Positions 28,772 to 38,551 of a stretch of DNA of 55,512 nt are shown here, piece by piece. Within the stretch, counting starts at the first letter, position 1. The number at the start of each line of letters is the position of its first letter. Under the pieces are notes generated by a model, which saw only the letters and a list, made by a program, of their open reading frames with translations, was not told the origin of the DNA and searched no databases. Made by a program: the position numbers and the translations under genes. This stretch comes from Gammaproteobacteria bacterium (lineage in GTDB: Bacteria > Pseudomonadota > Gammaproteobacteria > Steroidobacterales > Rariloculaceae). The stretch spans positions 1 to 55,512 of the forward strand of contig DATCIQ010000003.1 of NCBI GenBank assembly GCA_036507635.1, in the 5' to 3' direction.

Positions 28772-30022
28772 GTGACTCGCAAGTCCGTTTCGTTCGAACC
28801 CAGTGTTCGGCTCCGAGGTGTCCGCTACGAGATTCGCGGTAACCTCGCGCGGCGCGCGCACGAGCTCGAGCGCCAAGGCTACGAGATCATCTCCTTGAAT
28901 ATCGGCAATCCAGGGCTCTTTGGGCTCCGCACGCCGGAAACCATGCGCCTCGCCATGATAGAGAACTTGAGCTCGAGCGAGGCTTACTGCAACCAGAAAG
29001 GCATATTTCCGGCGCGCGAAGCGGTCGTCATGCAGCAGCAAGACCGGGGCGTGCTCGATGCGACCGCCGACCACGTGTTCATCGGCAACGGTGTCAGCGA
29101 GCTCATCGATCTCACACTGCGGGCACTTCTCAATCCCGGTGACGAAGTGCTGATCCCGAGCCCCGACTATCCGCTGTGGACCGCGGCCACGGTGTTGAAC
29201 GACGGCAAAGCCGTCTACTACCCGTGTCCGGAATCGGCGGCGTTCAATCCCGACGTCGCGGCGATCGCGAAACTCATCACGCCCCGGACGCGAGCCATCG
29301 TCGTCATCAATCCCAACAATCCCACCGGCGCCGTCTATGACCGCGAATGTCTCGCGGCGTTGGCGAAGCTCGCGGCCCATCACGGCCTCGTCATGATGAG
29401 CGACGAGATCTACGATCAGATGACGTATGACGACGCCGAGTTCGTGCCCATGGCGACGCTCTGTCGCGATACGTTGTGTGCCACTTTCAGCGGGCTTTCG
29501 AAGGTCTATCGTGCTTGCGGTTATCGCGTCGGCTGGGTTTCGTTCAGCGGCGCGGTCGAACGTTCGGAGCGTTATCTCACGTCCCTGGACTTGCTTGCGG
29601 CGCTTCGCCTCTGCAGCAACGTACCGGGTCAGTGGGCCGTGCAAACGGCACTCGGCGGCTTCCAGAGCATTCATAAGCTATGCGCGCCGGGCGGACGTCT
29701 CTACGAGTCGCGGCAAGCCATCATCGATGCCGTCGCAGAGAGCCGGTATCTGCACCTCGTCAAGCCGCGCGGGTCGATGTACGCGTTCATCGGAGTCGAT
29801 CGCAAGCAACTGCCGGACTTCGAGGACGAGGCCTTCGCACTCGAGCTGCTCGAGCAGCAACACGTGCTCGTGGCACCGGGCTCAAGCTTCAACACCCCGT
29901 ACCACGACCATTTCCGCATCACGACATTGCCGGACAAGGATCAGCTCGCCCACGTATTCGAGCGCATGGAGACCGTGCTCGAAAGCATGGCGGGACGAAA
30001 AGAGAGACTCGAAGTCGTCTAA
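28772..30022 (+). CDS. Pyridoxal-phosphate-dependent aminotransferase (AlaA/AlaC-like, class I)
   Basis: 416 aa with a GTG start. YEIRGNLARRAHELERQGYEIISLNIGNPGLFG, NPNNPTGAVY and SGLSKVYRACGYRVGW are present. Confidence 0.88.
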   Translation: MTRKSVSFEPSVRLRGVRYEIRGNLARRAHELERQGYEIISLNIGNPGLFGLRTPETMRLAMIENLSSSEAYCNQKGIFPAREAVVMQQQDRGVLDATADHVFIGNGVSELIDLTLRALLNPGDEVLIPSPDYPLWTAATVLNDGKAVYYPCPESAAFNPDVAAIAKLITPRTRAIVVINPNNPTGAVYDRECLAALAKLAAHHGLVMMSDEIYDQMTYDDAEFVPMATLCRDTLCATFSGLSKVYRACGYRVGWVSFSGAVERSERYLTSLDLLAALRLCSNVPGQWAVQTALGGFQSIHKLCAPGGRLYESRQAIIDAVAESRYLHLVKPRGSMYAFIGVDRKQLPDFEDEAFALELLEQQHVLVAPGSSFNTPYHDHFRITTLPDKDQLAHVFERMETVLESMAGRKERLEVV

Positions 30023-30050
30023 GAAATAGTCTATAACTTGCTGATATTGA

Positions 30051-32627
30051 ATGTTCTTTGAGCGCCCGAGCTCGGCGGCCACGACGCCGCGCATGGTCGT
30101 TCGGGACGGGCTCGCGGCGCGCCAGTGGGAAGCTCATCTTTACGAGGGGCGAGCGGAGCTCGGATGCGCGTGGGCGACACCGCCGCTCGTCGCGTATCGA
30201 GCGTGGCGGCGGGATCTCTACACCCGTGCTCTCGCGCACGATCAGCGCGGAGCTCTGCTGACTCGCGAGCAGAGTGGGGCACTCTGGCGGAAGGTCGTCG
30301 CGGAGTCGCCGGCCGGCGAGCGTCTGCTCGAGGTCGCGAGCGGCGCACGCTGGGCGGCGAGCGCGCGCCGCTTGCTCGCCGATTGGAATGTCGACGTCGA
30401 GAAGCTGCGTGCCGATCGAGCGCAGGCCGATTTTGCGGCCTTTCTCGCGTGGCACCGGGCCTATCTCGACCACCTCACGGCTCACCAGTGGCTCGACGAG
30501 GCCGCGTTGCCGGCTGCACTTGTCACGGGCATCCCCGAGTCTCTCGTGCTGCTCGATCTCGACGAGCTGCGGCCCGCGGAGCGCGATCTGCTTCGCCGTC
30601 TCGAGGAGGGCGGCTCGACCATCGCACGCGAGACCGCGCCCAGAACCGCCTGCCGCGCGCGCCGTCTGGCCCTCAACGACTCGCGCGAGGAGCTGCGAGT
30701 CGCCGCGGGATGGGCGAAGCTCGCGCTTCGCGACCGTCCTCGGTGCCGAGTCGCGATCGTGCTTCCAGGGTTGCGCCGGCAGCTCGCGCGCGCAGAGCAG
30801 ATGCTGCGCGAGTTTCTCGGCGGTGAGGTGCGGGTCGGCTTCGGGCTCGATGCGCCGTTGGTCACGCGGCCACTCATCGGCGCGGCCCTATGCGGCATCG
30901 AGTTGTCGTCAGCACGAGGCACGTTCGCGACGCTCAGCCGTTGGCTCAGAAGTCCGTTCTTTCACGGCGAGGACGTGCCGACATTGAGCCGCGCCGCCGC
31001 CGTCGAAGCCTCGCTGCGCTCATCCGTGTCCGCACAGCTCGACTTTCTCGTCGCCTACGAGAGGGGCGGCCTCGCGGCCCGGCTCGAGCACGACGTTCCG
31101 GAGCTTGCGGCGCGGCTCCGCGACGGATTGCGAGAAATGCGCAGGCCCGCGGAGCGCGCGACGCTCGATGTTTGGGCGCGTGCGTGGACACGCGGGCTCG
31201 CGAAGCTCGGCTGGCGGGCGACGGCTGCCGACGATCCAACATTGCGCGCGTTCGATGCGGCCCTTGCGACGCTCACGCAACTGACACCCGTCACCGGGGA
31301 GCTCGCGCAGGAGCCCGCGATCGCGGAATTGCGCACCGTATTGGAGCAGCCGGGCGCGGGGCCGCTGCCGCTTTTCGGCGTGCATGTGCTCGAGCACATC
31401 GACGACGTCGGTCCCGGCTACGCCGGTGTGTGGGTGACCGGGCTCACGGATCAGCTGTGGCCGGAGCAAGCGCGCATGAACCCGTTGCTGCCGCGGCGTT
31501 TGCAGGTGACGCATGGCCTGCCGTGGTCGACCCCCGCCGATGCCATGGCACGTGCACGCTCGAGCCAGGAGCGCTTGCTCCGGCGCACGCCGGAAGTCGT
31601 GTTCAGCTGGCCTGCCGTGATTCACGACTACGCGACGCAACCGAGCCCGCTCCTGGCCGCGATCGAGGAAGTCGAGCGCGTGGACCTCGGCCTCGACGTC
31701 GAGACCGGGGCGACCGCGCACACGCGCGCTTTAGAGCGCATCGATGATCCGGCGCCTGCGCTTGCGGGCTCGCGCATCGATGGGGGTGCCCGCACGCTGG
31801 ATTTGCAGGCGCGCTGCCCGGTTCGCGCCTTCTGCGAGCGCCGCCTGCACGCGCGAGCCTTGGAGTCACCGGTACCCGGCCTCGGCGTGCGCGGGCAAGG
31901 CGTCGCCATTCACCGCGCGCTCGAGCGACTTCTACGCCTGCGGCCCTCGCAAGAGGCGCTGCGCGCCGGCGCCGCCGTCGAGGATATCCGCCGGTGCGTC
32001 GAAGAAGCGCTTGCAACCGTGTTCGGCACGGCGCGGGCACCACTCGGCGTGTTGTTCGACCTCGAATGTGCGCGCACGAGCGCATTGCTCGCACGCTTCA
32101 TGGCAAGCGAGCTCGACCGGCCCACGTTTCGCGCCGTGGCCATCGAAGAACGGACCGACGTGGCGGTCGGGGAGTGGACGATCGCCTGCCGGATCGACCG
32201 CATCGACGAGATCGCGGACGGTACGTCGGTGCTCATCGACTACAAGACCGGGCGGGCGGTCGCCGGCGCCGTCGACTGGCTGCGGGACCGACTCACCGAG
32301 ACGCAGCTGCCGCTATATGCGCTCAAACCCGGAGGCGTTCTGTCGGGAATAATCACGATCGGCTTGGCCGGAAAGGACGTCTCTTACCGCGGCATCGCGG
32401 CGCAGCCCGCGCTCGTTGCAGAGTCCGTGAGCGCGCTGCCGGAAAGCCGGTCCTGGACGGAGCAAGTCGAGCGCTGGCGCGTGCAGGTGCGCGCGCTCGT
32501 CGATGCGTATGCGCGCGGCGATACGCGCATCTACCTCGACGACCCCGGCGATGCACAAGGCGCGTACGCGCCGCTCACGCGCGTCTACGGCGCCCTCGCC
32601 GTCGCTGCCCGAGAGAGCGACGCATGA
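30051..32627 (+). CDS. PD-(D/E)XK nuclease family protein (AddB-like partner of the downstream helicase-nuclease)
   Basis: 858 aa with no Walker A visible. The C-terminal RecB-type nuclease motif reads CRIDRID...VLIDYKTG...QLPLYAL. Its stop overlaps the next gene's start (ATGA). Confidence 0.75.
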   Translation: MFFERPSSAATTPRMVVRDGLAARQWEAHLYEGRAELGCAWATPPLVAYRAWRRDLYTRALAHDQRGALLTREQSGALWRKVVAESPAGERLLEVASGARWAASARRLLADWNVDVEKLRADRAQADFAAFLAWHRAYLDHLTAHQWLDEAALPAALVTGIPESLVLLDLDELRPAERDLLRRLEEGGSTIARETAPRTACRARRLALNDSREELRVAAGWAKLALRDRPRCRVAIVLPGLRRQLARAEQMLREFLGGEVRVGFGLDAPLVTRPLIGAALCGIELSSARGTFATLSRWLRSPFFHGEDVPTLSRAAAVEASLRSSVSAQLDFLVAYERGGLAARLEHDVPELAARLRDGLREMRRPAERATLDVWARAWTRGLAKLGWRATAADDPTLRAFDAALATLTQLTPVTGELAQEPAIAELRTVLEQPGAGPLPLFGVHVLEHIDDVGPGYAGVWVTGLTDQLWPEQARMNPLLPRRLQVTHGLPWSTPADAMARARSSQERLLRRTPEVVFSWPAVIHDYATQPSPLLAAIEEVERVDLGLDVETGATAHTRALERIDDPAPALAGSRIDGGARTLDLQARCPVRAFCERRLHARALESPVPGLGVRGQGVAIHRALERLLRLRPSQEALRAGAAVEDIRRCVEEALATVFGTARAPLGVLFDLECARTSALLARFMASELDRPTFRAVAIEERTDVAVGEWTIACRIDRIDEIADGTSVLIDYKTGRAVAGAVDWLRDRLTETQLPLYALKPGGVLSGIITIGLAGKDVSYRGIAAQPALVAESVSALPESRSWTEQVERWRVQVRALVDAYARGDTRIYLDDPGDAQGAYAPLTRVYGALAVAARESDA

Positions 32628-35600
32628 GCGAAACTACGGCCGACGGCCGAGCACGAACGCAGGCTTTGGACGGGCGCCGCTCGCTCATTGTTCAAGCACC
32701 CGCGGGCTCGGGTAAGACGGAGCTTTTGATCCAGCGTTACCTGACGCTGCTCGCGACCGTCGAGCAACCCGAGCAAGTGGTTGCGATTACGTTCACGCGC
32801 AAAGCCGCGGCGGAGATGCGTGGCCGGGTCCTACAGGCACTGTGCGATGCCGGAGCCGCGGACCGCGTCACGGAAGCGCATCGGGAGACGACCGTCGAGA
32901 TCGCGCACGCGGTGCTCGCGCGGGATGGGGAATTAGAATGGTCTCTCACGCTGCAACCGCAGCGCATGCGCATCGACACGCTCGATGCCATGAACGCGTG
33001 GCTCGCGCAGCAACTGCCGCTGCTCTCGGGCGGCGTCGCCGATGCCGAGCTCACCGAAGACGCGACGGCACTCTACGCCCATGCCGCGCGCCGCACCGTT
33101 GCGCGCGTCGCCGAGCCGGGCCCCGTCGGCGCAGCGCTGCAGTCGCTGCTCGGCCTCGTCGGCAACGCCGTCGAGCGCCTCGAGGCTCTCATGGCCGCGT
33201 TGTTGCGGACTCGAGATCAGTGGCTGCGCCATCTCGCCGTCGGTGACGATGCGTTGCTGCGCGACCGCGTGACGGCCGGTCTCGCCGCGTTGCGTGCAGA
33301 CCGGTTGCGCGAAGCTCGCGCGCTCATCGGTGCAGGGCGCGCCGAGCGGCTGCTCGAAATCGCCCGGCGCGCGGCGCGGCATGCGTCGCGGCCGCGCACT
33401 CGGGAGCTGCTCGCAGTCTTCAATTGCGACGCGCCGCCGCCGAGCGATGGTCCGGCCGCATTGCAGGCATGGCAAGGCATCGCACACTTGCTGTTGACGG
33501 GCGGCGGACAATGGCGGCGCTCGTTCACGAAGAACGAAGGGTTGGGTCCCGAGCACGCCGCCGACAGGCAGGCCATCACGAGGCTCCGCGATGAGCTGCA
33601 ATCCAACGAAGCCCTGCGCGAGCTGCTCGAGGGCCTTAAGTATCTGCCCGATGCCGAATATCCCGCCGAGCAATGGCATGACCTTCTGGCCTTGCGCGTC
33701 GTGCTGCTGCAGCTCGTCGCCGAGTTGCGCGTGCTGTTCGCGGACCGGCGCCAAGTGGATTTCGTGGAGCTCGCGGTCGCCGCGGAGGGAGCGCTCGGTA
33801 GCGTCGAGGAGCCCTCGGATTTGTTGTTGGCGATCGACCGGCGCATTCAACACGTGCTCGTCGACGAGTTTCAGGACACGTCGCATGCGCAGTTTCGGCT
33901 CCTCGAGTTGCTCACGGCCGGTTGGACACGGGATGATGGACGCAGCCTTTTTCTCGTCGGCGACCCGATGCAGTCAATCTACCGCTTCCGCGACGCGGAC
34001 ATGTCTCTGTTCTTGAAAGCCAAGCATCACGGCGTTGGCGGCATCGCGCTCGAGTCGCTCGTGCTGGAGCGGAATTTCCGCAGCGCGCCGGCCATCGCCG
34101 ATTGGATCAACGACGTTTTCGCCGGCGTCTTTCCGGATCGCGATCGGGAAGACTTAGGCATAGCGCGCTTTCACGCGTGCGTTGCCGTCCGAGCCGCGGG
34201 AGCGCGCCAATCCGTCGCGGTGCACGCGCTCAAATCGGACGATGAAGCAGCCGAGATTCGGCAGGTCGTTGCGATCCTCGCAGAGGAGCGGGCGCAGTCG
34301 GAGGAGCAGTCCATTGCGATCCTCGTGCAGAGCCGCGGTCATTTGCGTGGACTGCGCGCCGCGCTGCGCGCGCACGGTTTGACGGCCCGCGCGGTCGAGA
34401 TCGAGTCGCTCGCAGAGACCGAGATCGTCCAGGACCTCATCGGCCTCACGCGCGCGCTCGCTCACCGCGGCGATCGAATCGCGTGGCTCGCAGTGCTGCA
34501 CGCGCCCTGGTGCGGACTTGGTTGGCAGGATTTGCAAGCGCTCTGTGCGGGCCGGCCGGACGTGACGGTATCGGAAATGTTGCATGACCCGGAGCGTCTC
34601 GCGACGTTGAGCTCCGGCGGGCGGGCGAGGGCGATCGCAGTCCGCACGTTGCTCGACGATGCAGGGCGCCTGCGCGCACACATGAGCTTCGCGCAATGGG
34701 TGGAATACACATGGCGTCGCCTCGACGGCCCGAGCGCGGTGCTGGAAGCGGAGGATCTCGACCGCGCTCGCCAGTTCTTCGACGATCTCGCAGTGCTCAC
34801 AACCGACGGCGACCTCGACGATCCCGCGACGCTCGAGAGCTTTTTTCTGCAACCGCGACGGCAGCCCGATCCCGCCGACGAGCCTGGCATCGAGATCATG
34901 ACGATTCATCGCGCGAAGGGGCTCGAATTCGACACGGTCATCCTCTTCGGTCTCGGCCGACGCGTGCGCGCCCCGGAACCGGCGGCGTTGTATTGGCAAG
35001 AACGCATGCGTGCGGATGGCTCGCCGGCGCTTCTGCTCGGGCCCATGACGCGCGATGCGAGTCGACTCACCGACTATTTGCAGCGCGTCGAGCAGCAGCG
35101 CGATCTCGCCGAGCGCGCGCGTTTGCTCTATGTGGCGACCACGCGAGCACGCGAACGCTTGCACCTCGTGGCGCGACTGGGAAGCGACCAGGAAGCGCCG
35201 GCAAGCGGCACGTTGCTCGCATTGTTGTGGCCACGAATCGAGCACGAGTTTCGCCGCGTCATCCCCGGGCCGGCTCCGGCCGAGGCGCCCGCGGTCACGG
35301 CATTGCCGTTGGTGCGGTTCGCAAACGGCTTCGATGCGCCGCCTTCCCCGACCATTGCGGAACGCGTCACGGACGTCCTTGCGGCACGGCCCGAGTACGA
35401 GTGGGCCGGTCACGCCGCAGTGCAGGTCGGCACCGTCGTGCATGCGTGTCTCGAGCTCATGGCGGATTCGGATCTCGACAGGTGGAACGCCTCCACGATC
35501 GACGCGTGGCTACCGCGCCTGCGGCGCGAGCTCGCCATGTTGGGCGTAGCGCCGCGCGACCTCGACGCGTCTCTGCAGCGCGTACGCACGGCGTTGAGCA

Positions 35601-35953
35601 GCGTCGTGTCCGACCCGCGCGCCCGCTGGATACTCGCAGCGCACGCCGAATCGCGCTCGGAAATGCGCCTGACCATCGTCACGCCGGGCGGTCTCGAGCA
35701 CCTGAGGCTCGACCGCACGTTCATCGATGCCGGCGGCACCCGCTGGATCATCGACTACAAGACGAGCCTTCACGAGGGCGGCGACGCGGACGCGTTCATG
35801 GACGCGGAAGTCGATCGGTATCGCGCGCAGCTCGAACGATACGCGGCCGCGATGGCGAGCATCGACGCGCGACCGATCCGTGTGGGACTCTATTTCCCGT
35901 TGTTGGCGGGCTTTCGCGACTGGGCGCCTGCGGCTTCGCAACCTCCCACGTAG
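32624..35953 (+). CDS. UvrD/Rep-family helicase with C-terminal PD-(D/E)XK nuclease (AddA-like)
   Basis: 1109 aa from the ATG at 32624 (MSETTADG...). Walker A APAGSGKTE, DEFQDTS, TIHRAKGLEF, LLYVATTRARERL, and C-terminal nuclease RLDRTF...WIIDYKTS. The 1319-aa ORF is an N-terminal over-extension. Confidence 0.85.
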   Translation: MSETTADGRARTQALDGRRSLIVQAPAGSGKTELLIQRYLTLLATVEQPEQVVAITFTRKAAAEMRGRVLQALCDAGAADRVTEAHRETTVEIAHAVLARDGELEWSLTLQPQRMRIDTLDAMNAWLAQQLPLLSGGVADAELTEDATALYAHAARRTVARVAEPGPVGAALQSLLGLVGNAVERLEALMAALLRTRDQWLRHLAVGDDALLRDRVTAGLAALRADRLREARALIGAGRAERLLEIARRAARHASRPRTRELLAVFNCDAPPPSDGPAALQAWQGIAHLLLTGGGQWRRSFTKNEGLGPEHAADRQAITRLRDELQSNEALRELLEGLKYLPDAEYPAEQWHDLLALRVVLLQLVAELRVLFADRRQVDFVELAVAAEGALGSVEEPSDLLLAIDRRIQHVLVDEFQDTSHAQFRLLELLTAGWTRDDGRSLFLVGDPMQSIYRFRDADMSLFLKAKHHGVGGIALESLVLERNFRSAPAIADWINDVFAGVFPDRDREDLGIARFHACVAVRAAGARQSVAVHALKSDDEAAEIRQVVAILAEERAQSEEQSIAILVQSRGHLRGLRAALRAHGLTARAVEIESLAETEIVQDLIGLTRALAHRGDRIAWLAVLHAPWCGLGWQDLQALCAGRPDVTVSEMLHDPERLATLSSGGRARAIAVRTLLDDAGRLRAHMSFAQWVEYTWRRLDGPSAVLEAEDLDRARQFFDDLAVLTTDGDLDDPATLESFFLQPRRQPDPADEPGIEIMTIHRAKGLEFDTVILFGLGRRVRAPEPAALYWQERMRADGSPALLLGPMTRDASRLTDYLQRVEQQRDLAERARLLYVATTRARERLHLVARLGSDQEAPASGTLLALLWPRIEHEFRRVIPGPAPAEAPAVTALPLVRFANGFDAPPSPTIAERVTDVLAARPEYEWAGHAAVQVGTVVHACLELMADSDLDRWNASTIDAWLPRLRRELAMLGVAPRDLDASLQRVRTALSSVVSDPRARWILAAHAESRSEMRLTIVTPGGLEHLRLDRTFIDAGGTRWIIDYKTSLHEGGDADAFMDAEVDRYRAQLERYAAAMASIDARPIRVGLYFPLLAGFRDWAPAASQPPT

Positions 35954-36022
35954 GAGCGAGCTTCGCTCGCGATTCTTGGGGCGAGATTTCGAACAAGAAT
36001 CGCGAGCGGAGCTCGCTCCTAC
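35950..36022. repeat. REP-like element nearly identical to the copy at 55-112
   Basis: The left arm GTAGGAGCGAGCTTCGCTCGCGAT (35950-35973) is identical to 55-78. The right arm is ATCGCGAGCGGAGCTCGCTCCTAC (35999-36022). The AddA-like stop TAG (35951-35953) lies inside the left arm. Confidence 0.8.
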
Positions 36023-36037
36023 AAAGCCCCGCTGCGA

Positions 36038-36826
36038 TTACAGGCTCTGCAACCAGGGATCGAGATTCAGTGTGCGCCAGCCGCTGCCGTCGATCTCGGC
36101 CGTCAGGAACTCGAGCGGCTCGCGCAACTCGGCCGGCAAGTCGGCGCGCTCGCGCACCCGCCCGTCGAACGAAGGTACTGCGCCCCGCAAGCTTCCCGCG
36201 GTCTGCAAGGCCAGCGCCACCGTGCCGGAGACTTCGAGGGGACCGCCCGTGTCGCGGAGCTGCGCGGCCAAACGGCGCTCCGCCAATGCGAAATTCGTGA
36301 GCTCGTAGCCGCCGAGCGGCACCAACGCCGCGTTGCCGCCCGGGACCAGCGGTGGAACTTCGAGCTGCCCCACGCGCACGGACCCCACGATCGACATCGG
36401 CCAGTTATTGCGCAGCGTGAGCTCCTCGAGGTTCACACTGACGGAGCCGCGAGCACCCTGCAGCGGCAGCCACACACCGAGCGTGTCGAGGGAGGTTGCG
36501 AGCTCGACGTCCGACAAGTTGAGCGTGCGCCACGTCGCCGCGGCCGAGGCATCGACGAGTCCATCGGCCAAGCGCCCCGATAAGTGACCCGAGGCGCGGC
36601 CGATCAGCAACGGCAACGCCTTGAGATCCCATTCGAGGTCGCGCATCGGCAGACCGCCAATCGAGGCCAACGCCGCGCGTCCCGCCCAAACCGTGCCTGA
36701 AACACCCGACAGCACCGCACTGTCCGGCGCAAACCAGCGGTACGCCGTCGCGGCCGGAAACTGCAACAAGGCAAACGCGACATAGGCGCCGCAGCCCAGT
36801 GCAACCAACGATCGCTTGGCGAGCAT
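36038..36826 (-). CDS. gspN: Type II secretion system protein N
   Basis: 262 aa with an N-terminal TM segment (LVALGCGAYVAFALLQF) and last position in the gspG-N operon. The overall pattern is GspN-like. Confidence 0.75.
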   Translation of the reverse strand: MLAKRSLVALGCGAYVAFALLQFPAATAYRWFAPDSAVLSGVSGTVWAGRAALASIGGLPMRDLEWDLKALPLLIGRASGHLSGRLADGLVDASAAATWRTLNLSDVELATSLDTLGVWLPLQGARGSVSVNLEELTLRNNWPMSIVGSVRVGQLEVPPLVPGGNAALVPLGGYELTNFALAERRLAAQLRDTGGPLEVSGTVALALQTAGSLRGAVPSFDGRVRERADLPAELREPLEFLTAEIDGSGWRTLNLDPWLQSL

Positions 36827-36839
36827 CGACTAGCGACCG

Positions 36840-37316
36840 CTAGCTTCTGCGCAAAAACACTTGGCCGCTGACTCGCCCCTGATCGCGCGCCCCGTTGAAC
36901 GACGCCGACTCGACGGAGACGCCGTGGCTCTGCTCGAGTGTGACGAACCACTCGAGAAGGGCGTCGAACGCGGCGTTCTGGAAGCTCACGCTGATCGCGT
37001 CGGCGCCGTCGGGCCGCGTGCGCGTAAACGCTCCGGCAAGCCCCAACACTTGAGCCGTGCTGTCGACGAGCACGACGAGCGACTCGGCCGACGCACCCGC
37101 GGGCCGATTCCCCGTCGGCACGGCTTGCAGAGCCGCCGCGCGGCGCAAGTCGACGAGGGCTTGCGTCTTCTCTTCGACGGCGTCGCGGAGCTCGACGCTG
37201 CCGTTACGCATCGGCGTCCACACGAGACCCCAGAAGACGATGAGCGCGGCAGCCGCCGCACCACCGCCGAACAGCAGTCTTTCGCGGGGCTTGCGCTGCA
37301 TGAACCATTCTTTCAT
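36840..37316 (-). CDS. gspM: Type II secretion system protein M
   Basis: 158 aa from the ATG at 37316 (MKEWFMQRKPRERLLFGGGAAAAALIVFWGLVW). It has a single TM segment and an ATGA overlap with gspL. Confidence 0.8.
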   Translation of the reverse strand: MKEWFMQRKPRERLLFGGGAAAAALIVFWGLVWTPMRNGSVELRDAVEEKTQALVDLRRAAALQAVPTGNRPAGASAESLVVLVDSTAQVLGLAGAFTRTRPDGADAISVSFQNAAFDALLEWFVTLEQSHGVSVESASFNGARDQGRVSGQVFLRRS

Positions 37317-38548
37317 GGCGAAGTCCCGACTATCTGGACGCGGCCTTCGAGGCCGTCGTCGCTGGGACCGGTGTTTTGGATACGTAGGTCGAAGCGATTG
37401 GTTGACTTGATGTTCTGCTGGAACGTGTCGAGCGACGCAATGCTCGGAACGACGAGCTGCAGGTCCACGATACGATTGCGGTAGCTCAACGCCTCGATGC
37501 GGCTGTCTGCCGCTTGTGCATCCGCGATCACCGCGAGCGTGCTCAAGAAGGTCTCGCCGCCGCTGCTCGCGCGCTCGCCGGCCGCCGCGAGGCGACTGCG
37601 CGCGTTCGCGGTGCATGCCGAGAGGCTCGTCGACCCGAAGCTCTGTGCGCAAATCGTCTCGAGCTCTTCCGTGAGCGCTTGGTCCTCACTGCGCAACGAG
37701 AAATACTCCGCGGCCTGTGCGACGACGGTCAGCACGACCCACGCGACCAAGAGACTCGCAGCGACGTACCAGGGCCTGAGCAGGGCGCCGACATCGGATT
37801 TCGGCGCGTAGCCGCCCTGAAGCAGATTCGTGCCCGGCTCGAAAGCGAGCGTCACGGCGAGACGCGGTAAAAGACCGTCCGCCAGCTCTTTGACGTCGAG
37901 GCTCGCGACGCGCGATTGAATCGCCGCAAGCTCCGGCAGGCGCCGGCGTTTCGCCTCGGCGTCCATGTATACGAGCAAGTGCTGCGGGCCGGCGCTGTCC
38001 AAGGATGGCCCGGCGAGTAAATCGAGAACTTCGGCGAGACTTAAGCCCTCGAGCACAAACGGGGCCTCGCCGGGCCGCCGTCCATAGACGCGATTTCCTT
38101 CGACGAGCAGGTTCAAGGTCGAGGGCGTGTCGGGTATGCCGTCGGCTTCCGAGCACATCGCGTCCGGCGTGATACCCGCCTCACGCACGTCGGCGAGCCA
38201 GGCATCGAGGCGCTCGCGCGCGACGACGGAAACGGCGAGCGCTCCGGATTCCGAGCGCCGCCCCGCCGCGAAATGCAGGGATTCGATATCGGTGGCAAAC
38301 GTCTCCTCGAGAGAGAACGGCAACAGCTGGCGTAGACGAGCCTGGCTCGCCTTCGGCACGCTCGCACGAGTCGTGACGGTTTCCGTCGCCGGCACGAGCA
38401 CCACGACGCGGCGCCCCGCCGTGCGCGGCGCAACCGCCTCGAGTCGCGAGCGCCGGACCGGCTCGATGACTCGCCCTTCGGCGTTCAATACGACCGTGAC
38501 GACGTCGGCGCTCGGATCGCCCAGGCGTATGAAGAGGGAATCAGCCAT
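37313..38548 (-). CDS. gspL: Type II secretion system protein L
   Basis: 411 aa with a cytoplasmic actin-like N-terminal domain, one TM segment (YVAASLLVAWVVLTVVA) and a periplasmic C-terminal domain. Its position between gspK and gspM fits. Confidence 0.82.
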   Translation of the reverse strand: MADSLFIRLGDPSADVVTVVLNAEGRVIEPVRRSRLEAVAPRTAGRRVVVLVPATETVTTRASVPKASQARLRQLLPFSLEETFATDIESLHFAAGRRSESGALAVSVVARERLDAWLADVREAGITPDAMCSEADGIPDTPSTLNLLVEGNRVYGRRPGEAPFVLEGLSLAEVLDLLAGPSLDSAGPQHLLVYMDAEAKRRRLPELAAIQSRVASLDVKELADGLLPRLAVTLAFEPGTNLLQGGYAPKSDVGALLRPWYVAASLLVAWVVLTVVAQAAEYFSLRSEDQALTEELETICAQSFGSTSLSACTANARSRLAAAGERASSGGETFLSTLAVIADAQAADSRIEALSYRNRIVDLQLVVPSIASLDTFQQNIKSTNRFDLRIQNTGPSDDGLEGRVQIVGTSP

Positions 38549-38551
38549 CGG

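Noticed and set aside
31994-32623. N-terminal 210-aa extension of the AddA-like ORF (the 1319-aa version)
   Set aside because: The extension overlaps the AddB-like gene in another frame and is Arg-rich nonsense. An ATG at 32624 in an ATGA overlap gives the canonical UvrD-type N-terminus, with Walker A about 30 residues in.
34154-36300. Long ORFs 34154-35443 (minus) and 34696-36300 (plus, alternative frame) within and beyond the AddA-like gene
   Set aside because: Both are alternative-frame or antisense reads of a gene with clear helicase and nuclease motifs. The plus-frame ORF also runs through a REP element and into gspN antisense.
36840-37652. 270-aa version of the gspM ORF, and the similar 470-aa gspK, 436-aa hisA, 403-aa hisH, 443-aa hisC and 417-aa leuB extended ORFs
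   Set aside because: The upstream extensions overlap the preceding gene in another frame and are Arg/Pro-rich. In each case an internal start in an ATGA/GTGA/TTGA overlap reproduces the expected family N-terminus and length.
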